Shown piece after piece: positions 14,206-27,930 of a stretch of DNA of 64,000 bases; the first letter of the stretch is position 1; every line of letters starts with the position of its first letter. The position numbers were made by a program, and so were the translations under genes. The DNA lies in the NCBI RefSeq assembly GCF_006345805.1, contig NC_043007.1:62744001-62808000 (forward strand), read 5' to 3'. The notes below the pieces were generated by a model. It was not told the origin of the DNA, ran no database searches, and saw only the letters and a program-made list of their open reading frames with translations. This DNA is from Octopus sinensis. Its lineage: Eukaryota.

Positions 14206-15080
14206 TGGTTTTAAAATACGGACAGTCTAAACACACCTTTCATTTTCCTTTATAATTTCCAAATAATTTTTTAATACTTTAATAGAAGAAAGTCAATTGA
14301 TGGTCTTCACACTTTTTCACATAATCCTGGACTTTATATGTGAAATGTCAGTGACAAGCTGCATGTCCATCAGCAATATTAGCAGACAGACAGCCATGCA
14401 GAGGTACAACATATAGTCCAAGTAGACGAAAGCCTTCTTTTTAAGAGTAAAAACGAAGTTGGAAGAGTGGTAAAGAAGTTTTGGATACTTGTGATTGTCG
14501 TAATGGATGGTGAGCCAGTTTTTTATGTGTGTATGTACGTGCATAAAGATATAATTAAAACAATATGTATACACCCACGTATATATACATATATATATGC
14601 AACAAAACCTAATGGTGTGAATTTCTAAAACTCCTTTGGGGACAAATGGCTTTCACAATGAATTCCAATTTAATTGGAATCTACATGATCTGAAGCATAT
14701 TTGTAGAAAAGAAAAATCAAATTTTCTCAAGGTTATGAAGAAGCAAATCTTTGGGGCACAATTGTGTAGATATGTTGAAATATGTAAATAAAAGGATGTA
14801 AATAAAACTAACTCTGTAAAAATGTATGTGTGTGTATATATATTTGTATGTTTCTGTATGCATTTATACATGTATATGTATAAGTTTCAGAAGATATTAA
14901 AGTAATGGAATAAAAGTCAGTCATTATAAGAGATCTCCCAAAAATCTATTTCCTTAATTTTTAATTACTGTTTCTGGCACACATATCTATGCAATTTTGA
15001 TTTTGAAGTATTTAAAACATTATTTGGAAATTATAAAGAGAAGCAAATAGTAGATTCGGACTATCCATATTTTAAAACCA
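14206..15080 (+). mobile_element. Merlin/IS1595(ISXO2)-like DNA transposon remnant with inverted-repeat arms
   Basis: 14413-14520 reads IVQVDESLLFKSKNEVGRVVKKFWILVIV, resembling the V(E/Q)(I/V)DES...K...GR...W motif of DDE_Tnp_IS1595 proteins. 14206-14279 and 15006-15080 are imperfect inverted repeats. Confidence 0.5.
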
Positions 15081-15559
15081 TGAATTAAAAAAAGAATTTT
15101 GTGTGCATCAAATTTTTTCTCCAGATGTTCATGGCTACACAGGAATAAGCATGGAAAATTGCATGTCATTTTAAAAGGGCACTGATTTTGTGACTCAAAC
15201 TAACTAGATCCAAGTACAGTGAATGCCATCCTCCACAATTTTCTACTCATATGAAATACATATGTATTTCAACAATTTCTATCAAATATACTCTCTTTCT
15301 TGAGCATAAAAAATCCTCTTCCCAGGTGACAATAACTTATATATCAGATTGTTGCACAAGTTCTAGCTGTTTTGATAAAGGAAACTGGAAAAGTTTGAAA
15401 TGATTTCATCGGCATTTACTTATACCAAAGAGCACTCTTTCAATAAACAACACCTTGATCTCATAAGTGTCGTATGGTGGAAACACTTTACAATTATCCA
15501 ATAATTTTATGACCTTAGATTTATTTGTCTGACTTTCTAGAATCCATCTCTCTCCCTCC

Positions 15560-15602
<43 letters not shown>

Positions 15603-16072
15603 ACACACAAGCATGGCTCAGCACAGGCACAGCTATGTGGTTAAAAAGTTTGCTTCCCAACCACATAGTTTCAGGTTCAGTCCTACTGCACAACATCGGC
15701 AAGTGTCTTCTACTACAATTCTGCCCTCAGTGGACCAAAACCTTATAAGTGAATTTGGTAGACAGAAAGTGAAAGAACCTCATTCTGTGTGTGTGTGTGT
15801 GTGTGTGTGTGCATGTGTGCATGCATATATGCATGCAGGCATGTGTGTGTGCATGTATGCATGCACGCATGTGTGTGTGTGCACACATGTATGTATTTGT
15901 CCTTGTCTTGACATTGCATGTTAGTTGTAAATGATTATCCCTGTCATAAAAGCAATGTCATCCATTTCCAATATTTTGCAAAAATATGTCTGGCCATGAG
16001 GAATATTATATTTATCTTGCATATTAAGCTATCTAATATACCTACATACCCATCTATCTATCTATCTATCTA

Positions 16073-17492
16073 TGTCCCTAAAAGGTCGGGCGGAGGTGGC
16101 GAACGTGTACATCGCGTCCATCATCTACTACCGCCTGACCGTCGTACCTTGTCCCGACCCTACCATCACCAAACTAGAACGCATCCTCTTCCGCTTCTTG
16201 TGGAAAGGATGCATCCCGATGGTCAGGCGATCCATTTGCTGTCAACACCCGTTAAAAGGAGGGCTGGGCATGCCGTGGTTGATGATGCGCAGACACACGC
16301 TGAGACTGTGACATCTCCGGTGAACAGGTGTGGTCGCCGTTTGTGAGGCACGCATTCCCGCAACTCGTCTCCATGACCGAACTACAGTCGTGGATCAAAA
16401 AGAGGCCGAGGAAGGGCGAATGGCACCGCGAGTGTCGCGTTGCTCTCAAGCAACTCTGCTGTCCCGGGTCGACCTTGAGTGACTTCAACACAACCAAAGC
16501 ATTCTATAGGGGATTAGTGGAGGGGAGGTACGACGACGATCTCGGGGCAAACCTGGGCGTCGACGAGGAATACCTGACCTGCCTGTTTCAAACGACTTTC
16601 GGCCCGGGACCTATGGACAACTTCCAGAGATCCCTGGCCTGGCAGTGCTACCGAGAAGCGCTACCCGTTCGGGATAAGCTCTATAGGCATGGCTCGAGAA
16701 ACACGGGGCCGACCTGCCCGAGATGCGGGCAGAGCGACGAAACCGCTCTGCACGCACTCGTGCAGTGTCCAGCAATTTCCGACCTGTGGGCTTATGTCGA
16801 ACAACTGCTGTCACGTGTGGGACGTGTCGGTTTATCAGCCAAGTCTATCGTTATTATCGTCACGCCGCCTTCCTTCAAACGGGAAGGAAGAGCTATTTCT
16901 ATCATACTTGTGGCTATGGCGAAAGAATGTATCTGGTGGACGCGCCTGAAAGGATTAGAGACAAACACTTTCCTCTCTGGTCAATCTCTCATCAACTTCT
17001 TCAAGTATCACTTGATGAGGAAAGTGAGAGTAGAGAGGCAAGTTTTGTCTAGTGAATGTTTTAAAAAAAGATGGGTGAATGTAGCATGGATGGCATGTAT
17101 GAATGACGAAGCCACCTTGACTATGATTCTATGAACCGTAAAATTTAATACAGAGAGTTGCTTATTTGCAAAAAAAAAAAAAGAAATATAACATGTGACT
17201 TCATTGACCGAGGTTACCGTGGTCTTTTCCGTAGGCTTTTCTTTCCACGGGTAAACCTCACCTGTCCTCCCCTTTACACTTCATATTGACATTTCTGTGA
17301 TAACGATCCCTATTGATCAATTTTTTTTCCTCTCCCCCTGTTTTTTTAAACCCCTCCCTTTTTTGTCCTCTTTCTTTCCTTTTACGATCCCTTTTGATCG
17401 ACCCCCCCTTTTTTTTTAAACCCCCAAAAGAAAAGCTCTACCTTGTAATTTGTTCTATCTGTGTGCAGCCCTGTGTGGCTAATAAAGAAACA
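16073..17492 (+). mobile_element. Tx1/L1-clade LINE, 5'-truncated copy 1 (RT C-terminal part, zf-RVT, 3' UTR)
   Basis: LSLKGRAEVANVYIASIIYYRL, FQRSLAWQCYREALPV and CPRCGQSDETALHALVQCP (zf-RVT). Near-identical to 54156-56322, with a 17-bp deletion and a stop near 16310. Confidence 0.9.
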
Positions 17493-17588
17493 TATCTATC
17501 TATCTATATCAACCTACATATGTAAGTATGTATCTCTCTATCTGTCTTTTTTAACTACCCATCAACCTATCTATCTATCTATATATCC

Positions 17589-17653
<65 letters not shown>

Positions 17654-17790
17654 ACTATCTATCTATCTCATCAGTTATCTATTCTTTTTATTATTTATCT
17701 ACCCATCTATCTACCCCTGTTTCTATATCAATTATTTTTCTACCCACCTACCTATTATTCTATTTATCTATCTATCTATCTATCTATCTG

Positions 17791-17872
<82 letters not shown>

Positions 17873-17880
17873 AGCCTATC
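17493..17880. repeat. (TATC)n microsatellite field
   Basis: Directly visible. Confidence 0.95.
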
Positions 17881-18084
17881 TATCACAGATTATTACAGGA
17901 AAATATTACAAAGCATAATAAAAGAACTGATAATTTTCCCCTTCAATTGACCTCTAAATGAGAGGGTAAAAAAGGTATATAAAATAGATGAAAAAAAAAC
18001 ATCAAAGAAAAGCAAGGGAAAGCATTCTATCCAACTAGAAATCAAATGAGGGTTTTCTTTTCCCTCTTCATTGTTGCCTTATTT

Positions 18085-18235
18085 GTTTTTCTTTCTTGAT
18101 TGCTTTCTTTCTCTCTTTCTCTCTCGCTTTCTTTCTTTCTCTCTTTCTTTCTTTCTTTCTTTCTTCCTTTCTTTCTTTCTCTCTTTCTTTCTTTCTCTCT
18201 TTCTTTTTTTCTTCCTTTCTTTCTTTCATTCTTTC
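18085..18235. repeat. (TTTC)n microsatellite
   Basis: Directly visible. Confidence 0.95.
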
Positions 18236-19149
18236 TACATATGTTTGCCTTTTCCTTCCTTTCTCTATCATCTCCATCCAGTGCATGTGTGTTTTGTCAC
18301 TGGAAAGGAATATTTTTGAAAGAAAAAGAGGAAATAAAAAATAAAAAAAGGAATTCTGACCAATAAATTCCATTGATATTATCTTCCTGTTTCCTTTTTA
18401 TTTTATTTATCTATTTTTTTTTCATGCTAGTCTAACAAAAAACAAAATAGAAAAATAAAAATAAAATCTACTCAGAAAGAATTAAGAAAAACTGAAAAGT
18501 GTAAAAAATAAATAAATAAAATTGATTTCTTGATTTGTCGATTGATTATTTTTAGGGAAAGGAGATTATTTTATTCATTTTCTTTTTGTGGTCTTTTATG
18601 GGAGGGGCTCAATGAAAGCAAAATGTTAAGTCATTAAATCAATTTTTAGGAATTTCATTTATCATAATTAGTGAAAAATAGATGTATATATATACATATA
18701 TAATTTCCTCAATCATTTAAACAAAAAGGTCAATAGAATGGTTACTAGAGCAAATGTTTGTCTGATTCTTTTGCTTACAAAGTCTTAGAAATTGCTTTTC
18801 TTTACTCTATGGGCCCTCAATTCTTGGTAGAGTATTAGGGTTTATCCTAGTAGTAGACTGGTACTTCATTTATTGACCCTGGTAGTATGAAAGGCAGAGA
18901 GATTTGAACTCACAGTACAAAAAACTGAAATGAATATGACAAGGAACTGTAACAAAATTTCTACTTTCTTTTTTATCTTTGGTCAGTAAGTGTTATTTTC
19001 TCTTTGCTTCTATCAAGAAATCAAAGGAAAAGACTACTGTTCCTTTTAAACTTTGCTTTTGTGACCTGGACATCAATATTTTGAAACTGACCTATTTTCC
19101 ATTTGATTTCAGATGGATTCAGTGCCATGTTGTTGAAGCAGATATATCA

Positions 19150-19320
19150 TTATAGCAAATATTCTGCTCAATACCACAGATTTGCCTGTCAGTTGTTTGA
19201 CCTTAACCACTAGAGCATGTCCTTTAGTAGCTGACAATATGTATGTCTCTGATCATGAGCAGGATTAGTGGGGGAACATCTTAGTCACGTGTTGAGAAGG
19301 ATTCTTTGGGGTTTGAATAG
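19150..19320 (+). repeat. unclassified interspersed repeat, partial copy (longer copy ~44495-45005)
   Basis: AGCAAATATTCTG(C/T)TCAATACCACAGATTTGC...GAGCATGTCC...GATTCTTTGGGGTT is shared between the two loci. Confidence 0.7.
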
Positions 19321-19469
19321 ATCTCATAATGAAAGCAAAGTTTGAAAGAAATATTAGCCATTTTTCATATTTTCTAGGGATAAACAAATATGAAATCACA
19401 GTTGTTGCTCAAGAACAAAACAAAAAAAAATGAAAAACAGTTTGTTACAGTGTAATTGGAGTACTGTAC

Positions 19470-20030
19470 AGAATGCCCTGCTTACTTGAAGACAAAAATT
19501 GTGTTATACAATATAATCAGCATAGAGAAAATGGAATTAGCTATGCAGTAAAGAGCAGCCTGCTGAGTACAGTAGAAGTTGGGAGCAATGGTTCAGAACA
19601 ACTCTTGGTTACCTGTCTCAACACCACTACAGTCCCAATCATCCATGTATGCTCCAACACTGCTCTCAATCAGATTCAGCAACAGCAACCCTAGTGAGGA
19701 ACAATTTGTTCTTCCAGTAGATTTCAATGCCAGAGTTGGCACAGCATATCTTGACTCATGGTGTTCCTCTTTTTTTTGGCATTTTAGTGTGGACAAAATA
19801 AATAATAATAGATGACTGCTCATATTCTGCATTCATCATAACTTGAATTAAATTTTCTGGAGATACCTCCATGGAAGGAGCTGGTGTCAATTAGATCTCA
19901 TTCTAGTTATATTTGCTAGTAATGGCTCAGAACAACTCCTGCTCATTTACCTCAACACTACCACAGGCCAAGTCCCCTATGTCTCCATGTACACTCTAAC
20001 ACTGTTCTTAACATCAGACTCAAAGTTTTT
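19470..20030 (+). mobile_element. RTE-type apurinic endonuclease (APE) fragment plus a second diverged partial copy
   Basis: ENGISYAVKSSLL...GSNGSEQLL, MYAPTL and EEQFVLPVDFNARVG resemble LINE APE motifs (YAPT, GDFNARVG). 19580-19680 is repeated at ~19915-20025. Confidence 0.7.
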
Positions 20031-21278
20031 TTTCATGCTCAGTGGACCAAAGCCTTATAAGCTATAAGAATTAATCACCACTCCTCAGCAACATGTGTAA
20101 AGGAGAGAACAAGTAAGATGTATTGGCTAATGATGTAATTACTTTCCAATGAAATTACCTGGTAACTTATTTACTACAATGTAATTACCTGTGAAGGCAC
20201 ATTAGTGGTTAGAGTATTCAACTCACAATCGTAGGTCATGAGTTCAATTCGCAGCGATGCATTGTGTCCTTGAGCAAGACACTTTATTTTGCATTGCTCC
20301 AGTCCACTCAGCTAGCAAAAATTAGTAGTACTTGTATTTCAAAAGGCCAGCCTTGTTACATTCTGTGTTACACAGAATCTTTCTGAGAACTATAGGTACA
20401 CATGTCTGTGGAGTGCTCAGCCACTTGCATGCAAATTACATGAGCAGGGTGTTCTGTTGAATGGATCAATTGGAACCTTCGTCATCGTAACCAACAGAAT
20501 GCCAATTATTCATAGTAAATTTACTGTGATGATTACACACTTACCCACACATTAGAGATTGTGTGAGTGAGTGCATGTGTGTGAGTATGTTGGTAAATTC
20601 ATTACCAAAACTTTTAGCCACAGAATAAGTACATCGTTAAACATTATTAAAAGCTTTCAATTACAGAGTAAATATGTGATATTTAATTAACAGAATAAAA
20701 AAAATATTTCATGACAAAAGAAAAATACCAGTTTCTATTTTTGGCACAAGATCAGAAATTTCAGGAAATGGGGTAAGTCGATTACATCAACCCCCATTGC
20801 TTAAGTGGTACTTACTTTATTGATCCCAGAAGGATGAAAGGCAAAGTTGACCTTAGCGGAATTTGAACTCAGAAGATGAAGATGCACAAAATGTCACTAA
20901 ACATTTTGCCCAACATTCTAATGATTCTGCCAGCTCACCACTTTAGACAAAAAGAAAAATATTAATATGAAATTTATTCAAGTGCTGGCATGGTTGGGTG
21001 GTTAAGTAACTCACTTTACAACAAGGTGGTTGTCCCACTGCCCTGTATCTTGGACAAGTACCGGCTACTTACTAAAACCTTAGGCCAACCTGTACTCTGT
21101 ATGTGTGAACTTGGAAGAAAGAAACAGTGTGGAAGCCTGTCATATACATATGTGTGAGCGTAGTGTGCATGTGTGTGTAAGAGTGTACATGTGTATGTAT
21201 GTGAGAGTGTATGTATGTGTGTGTGTGTATGATCGTGCATGAGTGTGTGTGTGTGTGTGTGTGTGTATGATTGTGCAT

Positions 21279-21319
<41 letters not shown>

Positions 21320-24300
21320 TGCTTGTGCTTGTTCCCCTTGCACCATTTGACAACAGTATTGGTCTGTTTACATCCTTTTCACTTAAAAGCTTGGTAGAAG
21401 AGACCAATAGTGTAAGTACCAAACTTAAAAACATGTACTGGGATTGATTTACTCAACCAAACCCTTCGAGTGGTGCTCCAGCATAGCCACAGTTCAATGA
21501 CTGAAACAAGTAAAAATAAAAGATATACATGCAAAAAAGGCTGAAAGTACTTTTAAAAAATTGAATCACCATAAAAAAAATGCTGTAAAAATATGACACT
21601 AGTTTAAATTTCAGTCGTAAATACATAAATTATGAAAAACACCTAAAAATTTGCAATTTTAATATTCATTAAAAACATGCAGAATTCTTGCTGCATTACT
21701 AAATGTGATGTAGAATTTTTGTTCTGGCAATGTATTGTTCAATTCTTATTCCATATCTTAATTGTTTCTGTTTTCAAGATATCTGAAAATTTTCAGATAA
21801 TAGAAAGAAATTTGTTGTCTTTGAATTTCTTTTTCATTGTTAATGAAATGAGACATTTTTACTCTGTGAATTAACACTTCAAATAATATTTAGCAACAAA
21901 TTAATTCTACTGCTAAAAAGTATGACAATAAATTTTCTGATGATGTATTTGGGATGGTGATGAATTAGCTGACGATGTCTTAATCCATGATGTAAGTACT
22001 TTCTGATAAATACATCACCTGGTAATTTCATCACAAGATAATAATCAATCTTCAGTGAATTCATCTTAATAGCAGGATATCATCCTTAGAATAATAATTG
22101 TATTATGAAGAGCAATCTTAATTTGTTAGTTGGATGAAGATTATCTTTATTTGAAAAGATAAGATTATCTGTAGCAGAAACAATTTTTTTTTTGTTATTA
22201 CTGTTGGTGTTAATGATGTTGCTGTTGTTGTTGTTGTCATCGTTGTCACTGTTGTTATTGTTGTTGTTGATGGTGGTAGTGGTAGTAATAACCACCCTCT
22301 GTAGCCTACAGGGCAATTTGTTCCATTACAAATATGATTCTCATGTTTAAACAAGCAATCATAACCTGAGTATTTATCTCATTATCTAGCTGATTGGGCA
22401 GCAGGGTTGAATGGCTTGTGGCATTAGAATCAAGATGAAAATTACTTGCTCCAAAAATTCACACTAATTACCAAAAGTGTTCAAAATGTAGTCTCACTCA
22501 GTCAAGGAGGTTACTTTAGTGGCACAAAAGGAACGAAAACAAAGGTGGTGGTGGTGGTGGTGGCGGCGACGATGATGTATACAGGTCATGTTAATATTAA
22601 TCAGAAATGTATGTAAATGCCCCTTAAGTCTTGAGCGGTGTTTACACTGCAATAATAAGCTCCAATTTCATTGTATCAAGTAGATGAGAAATAAATCTCT
22701 GTGGAAAGTTACAAGTTTATTATGAGTAAAATTTCCAGATAATCTTGAAACCTGTTTCTAACATCTTGGTGAAATGAGGTGTGTAAAATTAAGCGTACTG
22801 GTAAAATGCATAAAATGCCTCCAGTTGATTCGAGCTTATGATCTGTGAGTTGGTAGGTTGTCAAATCAACTCAGCTTGTTTCATGCATGCATTCTAATAT
22901 ATGATAACTTTCTAAATACAAAAGTCTCTTTTGTAAAGAGAAAAAGATACAGTCAATAGAATCAACTTCATTTTACTGCTTATACTAGTTTTATGCTTTA
23001 AGCCTTCAGGATGAAAGATAAACCACACACCAAAAGAGAATTAGTAAAACATATAGTCTACATTTCTATCCACACCAGCTCCACTGTCCTAACTCATACT
23101 AGTCTAGAAACATAAAAGTAAAACAAAGCAAAAAAGCTACTATGGCAATGTTGTATTCTTGATTTTCCTTTCTGGAAACAGGAATTCATGTGAAAACCAA
23201 TTACTAATCCATAAGCAGCTAATTGCCTTCAAACCAATTAAAGCAACAAATACAGCACCAAAATTAAGTCATGCTCTGAATAATATTCTCAATGATATTT
23301 CACAATATGTGTATAACCATGTTTTTCTTAATTCATAAATTGAAAAGAAAAGGAAAAGTTCCCAGAGGTAAAAAAAAAATCTTTCCTCCACTTTAATATT
23401 GAATGAATAAAACTTATCAGAAATCAGAATTGGCATGCTAGCTGACCCATAATTTAAATGAAAGCAGAACTGGTAAAGTTTCCAAAATTAAGCTTTTGTA
23501 AATATGGATTGCATATATATGTCAGTCATTTCATGTTAGTTTTCAACAAAGGTAGAACAACAATAATCCAGTGTATATACTTAAGCAAACAACATCTTAA
23601 ATTGTAAAGCAAATTTATGAGGAAATGGCCGAAATTACAGAGAAGAGGAAAAGAACCAAAATGGATTTGAGATATAATGGAGTTGACAAAGCAGTCTGTT
23701 TTTGATAGAGTTGGAACAGGAAAATAAATCAATCTTCCTATGATAGTACCTTCTTTGTCTGCAGCAAGAAAGTTTCAACTACAGTTATTTTCTCTGACCA
23801 ATCAACATGGAATATCATCAGAGATTAGAAATAGCCAAATGTTGATGGATGATTTAGTTATGTCCAAAGAAAAACTTGAAAGAAAATGCTATTGTAAAGA
23901 ATTAGGCCATTAATAAAGCAACATCAAAAGAATACTTATACTTCAATGAATTTACAACCAAAGTTTATTAATGGCATTATATTTTTTAACGTATACTAAA
24001 TCTCGGCTACTTCTCTGGCAAGCAATGCATCAGCTGTTTTTAATCTTGGACAATTTATTAATGACAGTTCAAATGAGAATTTTCAAAGCCCAATTGTGCA
24101 CTATGATAAATGTGGCACTTAATTTTTTTCATCACAACATGAAGTACTAGTCTGAAATTTATGCAAATCCAGTAGTTTTGTATGGATAGGGAAAAGGAAA
24201 AATTAGGTTATGTTGATGGACCATTTATAGCTTGGAAATTCTTGTCGATATGCATAATATAAAGTCATTTACAATCTGTAGAGATACTCTGCTATATTAT

Positions 24301-25029
24301 TCCCATTAGGAAAAGCCTGTTATGGTAATTTATTTTCTTCAATATGGGCAATTTGTTGTTGCTGTTGTTGTTGTTAGTTTTTGGTTAAATTACATTGAGA
24401 AGACAGCTGTCATGGAAGAAGCCAATTGAATGCCTGGCACATGGTGAAGAAATAGTGGAAGTTTTGATCAGTTAATTCTGCAAACGAAAAAGTAAGATAT
24501 TGCTGTCAAGATGCACAGGTCATAAGTTTGTATCTTACCATAAGAACTTTATTGTATCTTCCTTCAAGGTGTTTTAACTGCTTATCTTTTCTATTTTGTG
24601 GGAAACAAGTTAAAGCTTCTGAACCAATTTAACATGTAAAATTTATTCATATCTTATAGTACAACACATGAAAGACAAGTTAGTTCCAGTTATTTTCTTA
24701 TATTGTTAAAGCAAGAGTTTGTGTTGAAATGCAGACGTCAAAACAAATTATACCTAAAGAATGTCAAATACTTGAAATCTGATTGACAGTTCTAATGGAC
24801 ACTCTTGACTAGTTGTCACAGTGACCTGTCACCTAAAGGCCTTTAAATAGCACACAAGCCACTAAAGCAATTACAGATCATATGACCACAGGCATAAAAC
24901 ACCAAGAAAAGCTTTAATTGCCATCTAAGCATGAACCACAAAATAATGACATAGTAAGTGGTAATATATGAATAAATAATAAATGTTAAATTTTCTTCTT
25001 GCTTTTTAATATACACATGTACACCGCTG

Positions 25030-25505
25030 ATGTGGCCTATGACATTACCACCTGACTGGCACTCGTGCCAGTGATACGTTAAAAGCACATCCAAGTGTGA
25101 TTGTTGCCAGGGCCACAGATTGGCTCCTGTGCTGGTAGCATGTAAAAAGCACTGTTCGAGTGTGATCATTGCCATCACATGTGCCGGTAGCATGTGAAAA
25201 ACAACATTCGAGCGTAGTCGTTGCCAGTGCTGCTGGACTGACTCCTGTGCAGGTAGCATGTAAAAAACACCTTTTGAACGTGGTCGTTGCCAGAACTGCC
25301 TGACTGGCCCTTGTGCTAGTGGCATGTAAAAGCACCCACAACACTCTTGGAGTGGTTGGCGTTAGGAAGGGCATCCAGCTGTAGAAACTTTGCCAGATCA
25401 GATTGAGCCTGGTGCAGTCTTCTGGCTCACAAGTCTTCAGTCAAACCGTCCAACCCATGCCAGCATGGAGAGCGGACATTAAACGACGATGATGATGATG
25501 ATGTA
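25030..25505 (+). mobile_element. RTE 3' UTR-type repeat with ~58-bp internal tandem subrepeats and (GAT)n tail (related tails at ~7500-7885, 26830-27030, 27510-27575, 29370-29600, 38810-38950, 52200-52440)
   Basis: Repeated ...CCTGTGC(T/A)GGTAGCATGTAAAA(A)GCAC...GTTGCCA units, then the common GGTTGGCGTTAGGAAGGGCATCCAGC...CAACCCATGCCAGCATGGA tail. Confidence 0.7.
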
Positions 25506-25590
25506 CATATATATATATATAGTTAGAGAGAGATATAAACAGAAATATAGATACATACATAGATATATATGTATGTATATATATATATAT

Positions 25591-25903
25591 TTGATGAAGG
25601 AAACGGAAGATGGATTTAGTGCAAATCTTTATTCAGCACAACAATTGTTTCAACCCATCCTGTTTCATAGGGGAAGGATATTGTGCATCTAGTTGTATTG
25701 CATCAATCAGTGCAGGCAGTGTCACTGCAGGTGCTTGATGTAGAAAGAGATATCCCACTGGATATACTGAATTCTCTTTGGCATATTGCTCTTGCTAGTT
25801 GTACAATATCCTACTCCTATGAGATAGGCGCTAGATGGGTTGAAATGATTGTCATGCTAAATCTAGTATTCATATTAAATCCATCTTTGGTTTCCTTCAT
25901 CAA
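25591..25903. mobile_element. foldback/MITE-like element with ~110-bp imperfect inverted arms
   Basis: Starts TTGATGAAGGAAACGGAAGATGGATTTA and ends TAAATCCATCTTTGGTTTCCTTCATCAA. The arms also align through TTTCAACCCATC and CATAGG..AGGATATTGT. Confidence 0.7.
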
Positions 25904-26319
25904 TAATAAACTCAACAAACACTGCGATTTCCTGATGTAGATCCAGCAAAAATCATATCATTACTGTGGATGACATTAGGTAGCCCAAATGGTTAATGTA
26001 TTTTAATTGACATACTAATAGATATATACCCAAAGTCCAAGTAGTTACATATATATATATATATATATATGGAAAAAAGTCAAGGTAGGAAATGCTAAAA
26101 AAATTTTATAAAAAACATTTCACTACCAGGTTCAGTCATTGAGACTTTTTTTCAACTGTAAGTATGGAAAATAATTAAATTTTGGAAAAATTAAATGAAA
26201 AGTTTTTTAAAAGAATATTTGCATAGTATTCACATACAAGGAGCATTTTCTTTGTTTCTACCTATCTCTGTCTTTCTTGTTTACTCTTGTGGGTTCAAGG
26301 TCATTGTGAATTCTTGGCA

Positions 26320-26419
26320 GAGAAGAAGGAGAAGAAGAAGAAGAAGAAGAAGAAGAAGAAGAAGAAGAAGAAGAAGAAGAAGAAGAAGAAGAAGAAGAAG
26401 AAGAAGAAGAAGAAGAAGA
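26320..26419. repeat. (GAA)n microsatellite
   Basis: Directly visible. Confidence 0.95.
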
Positions 26420-26758
26420 CGAATGCAAGAGTGCTATGATAGTAGTAGGATGTTAAATGGTCAAGTGCCCTGAAAGTGACTTGTTGTGGATGGTAGTAGT
26501 GATTGAATTCTTGAGACATCTCTTTTGAGTCTATTGTTAATAAAATTTGCGTAGGTATTATTCTAAACAGCAATAGTGGTAAAGTTAGGAAGGAGGTAGC
26601 GGAAAGGAAGAAGTCAAAGAAGAAGAAGGAGAAAGAGAAGGGAGAATAAGAAGAAATGTAGGTGGTATGATAGTAGTAGGATGTTAAATGGTCAAGTGCC
26701 CTGAAAGTGACTTGTTGTGGATGGTAGTACTGATTTATTCTTGAGATATCTCTTTTGA

Positions 26759-26830
<72 letters not shown>

Positions 26831-27578
26831 GCGGTGCCACGTAAAAGCATCCAGCACATTCTGTAATGTGGTTGGTATTAGGAAGGGCATCCAACCTTAG
26901 AAACCGTGCCAAATCGGATTGGAGTCTTGTGCAGCCCTCCAGCTTGCCACCTCTAGTCACACCTATGCAAGCATGGACATCAGACCTTAAATGGTGATGA
27001 TGATGATGATGATGATGATTATGATGATGATGAAATGTGGAATTTTATGGTATTGTTTGTTCTCCATTAGACACGCTTTATTTGCTAACAGGAATTACAA
27101 AGATTTACATGTTAGATACACATGTAAGGAATTTAAAAATTCGTCAGACAGAAAATTTTTTTATAATGTTTTTCTCTGTGTGATGAATTTCTAACAGGAA
27201 ATTTCTTACATGTTATCTAGACATGTAAATCTTTGTAATTCCTATTGGCAAATGGAACATGTTTAGTGGAGAATAAATAATACCAAATTATTTCCATTTT
27301 CCTGTTTTGTTATTCAATAACTCTGCTAATAATATTTCAATAATTCTCAATTTTGATATGTATTTTAACAAACATACAGCAGCAAGTATGGATACTATTG
27401 ATTGTAATAATAGAAATGAACAGATGTGCTTCAAGGAGAAACAGCTGGGGTTTACCCTAACTGCTTATACTATATATATATATATATATGCATGTGTGTG
27501 TGTGTGTGTATTTCATCGTCATCATCATCGTTTAACGTCTGCTTTCCATGCTGGCATGGGTTGGATGGTTTGACTGGG

Positions 27579-27631
<53 letters not shown>

Positions 27632-27829
27632 CACATATATGTATACAAATACATATCTTCTCTTTTTTTAATTTCTTTTACTTGTTTCATTTATTTGACT
27701 GTGGTCATGTTGGAGCACCACCTTTAGTGAAATAAATCAACCCCAGGACTTATTCTTTGTAAGCCTAATACTTATTCTACACTCTCTTTTGCCAAACCGC
27801 TAAGTTACGGGAAAACATAGACACACAAA

Positions 27830-27930
<101 letters not shown>

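Noticed and set aside
15380-15540. Minus-strand KVIKLLDNC...IKVLF, resembling a pogo/DDE_1 transposase
   Set aside because: The match is short and the flanking catalytic motifs were not recovered.
26115-26160. Hammerhead-like remnant on the minus strand (TTGAAAA...GTC/GAC...GAAC)
   Set aside because: Too many core and stem I mismatches to call.
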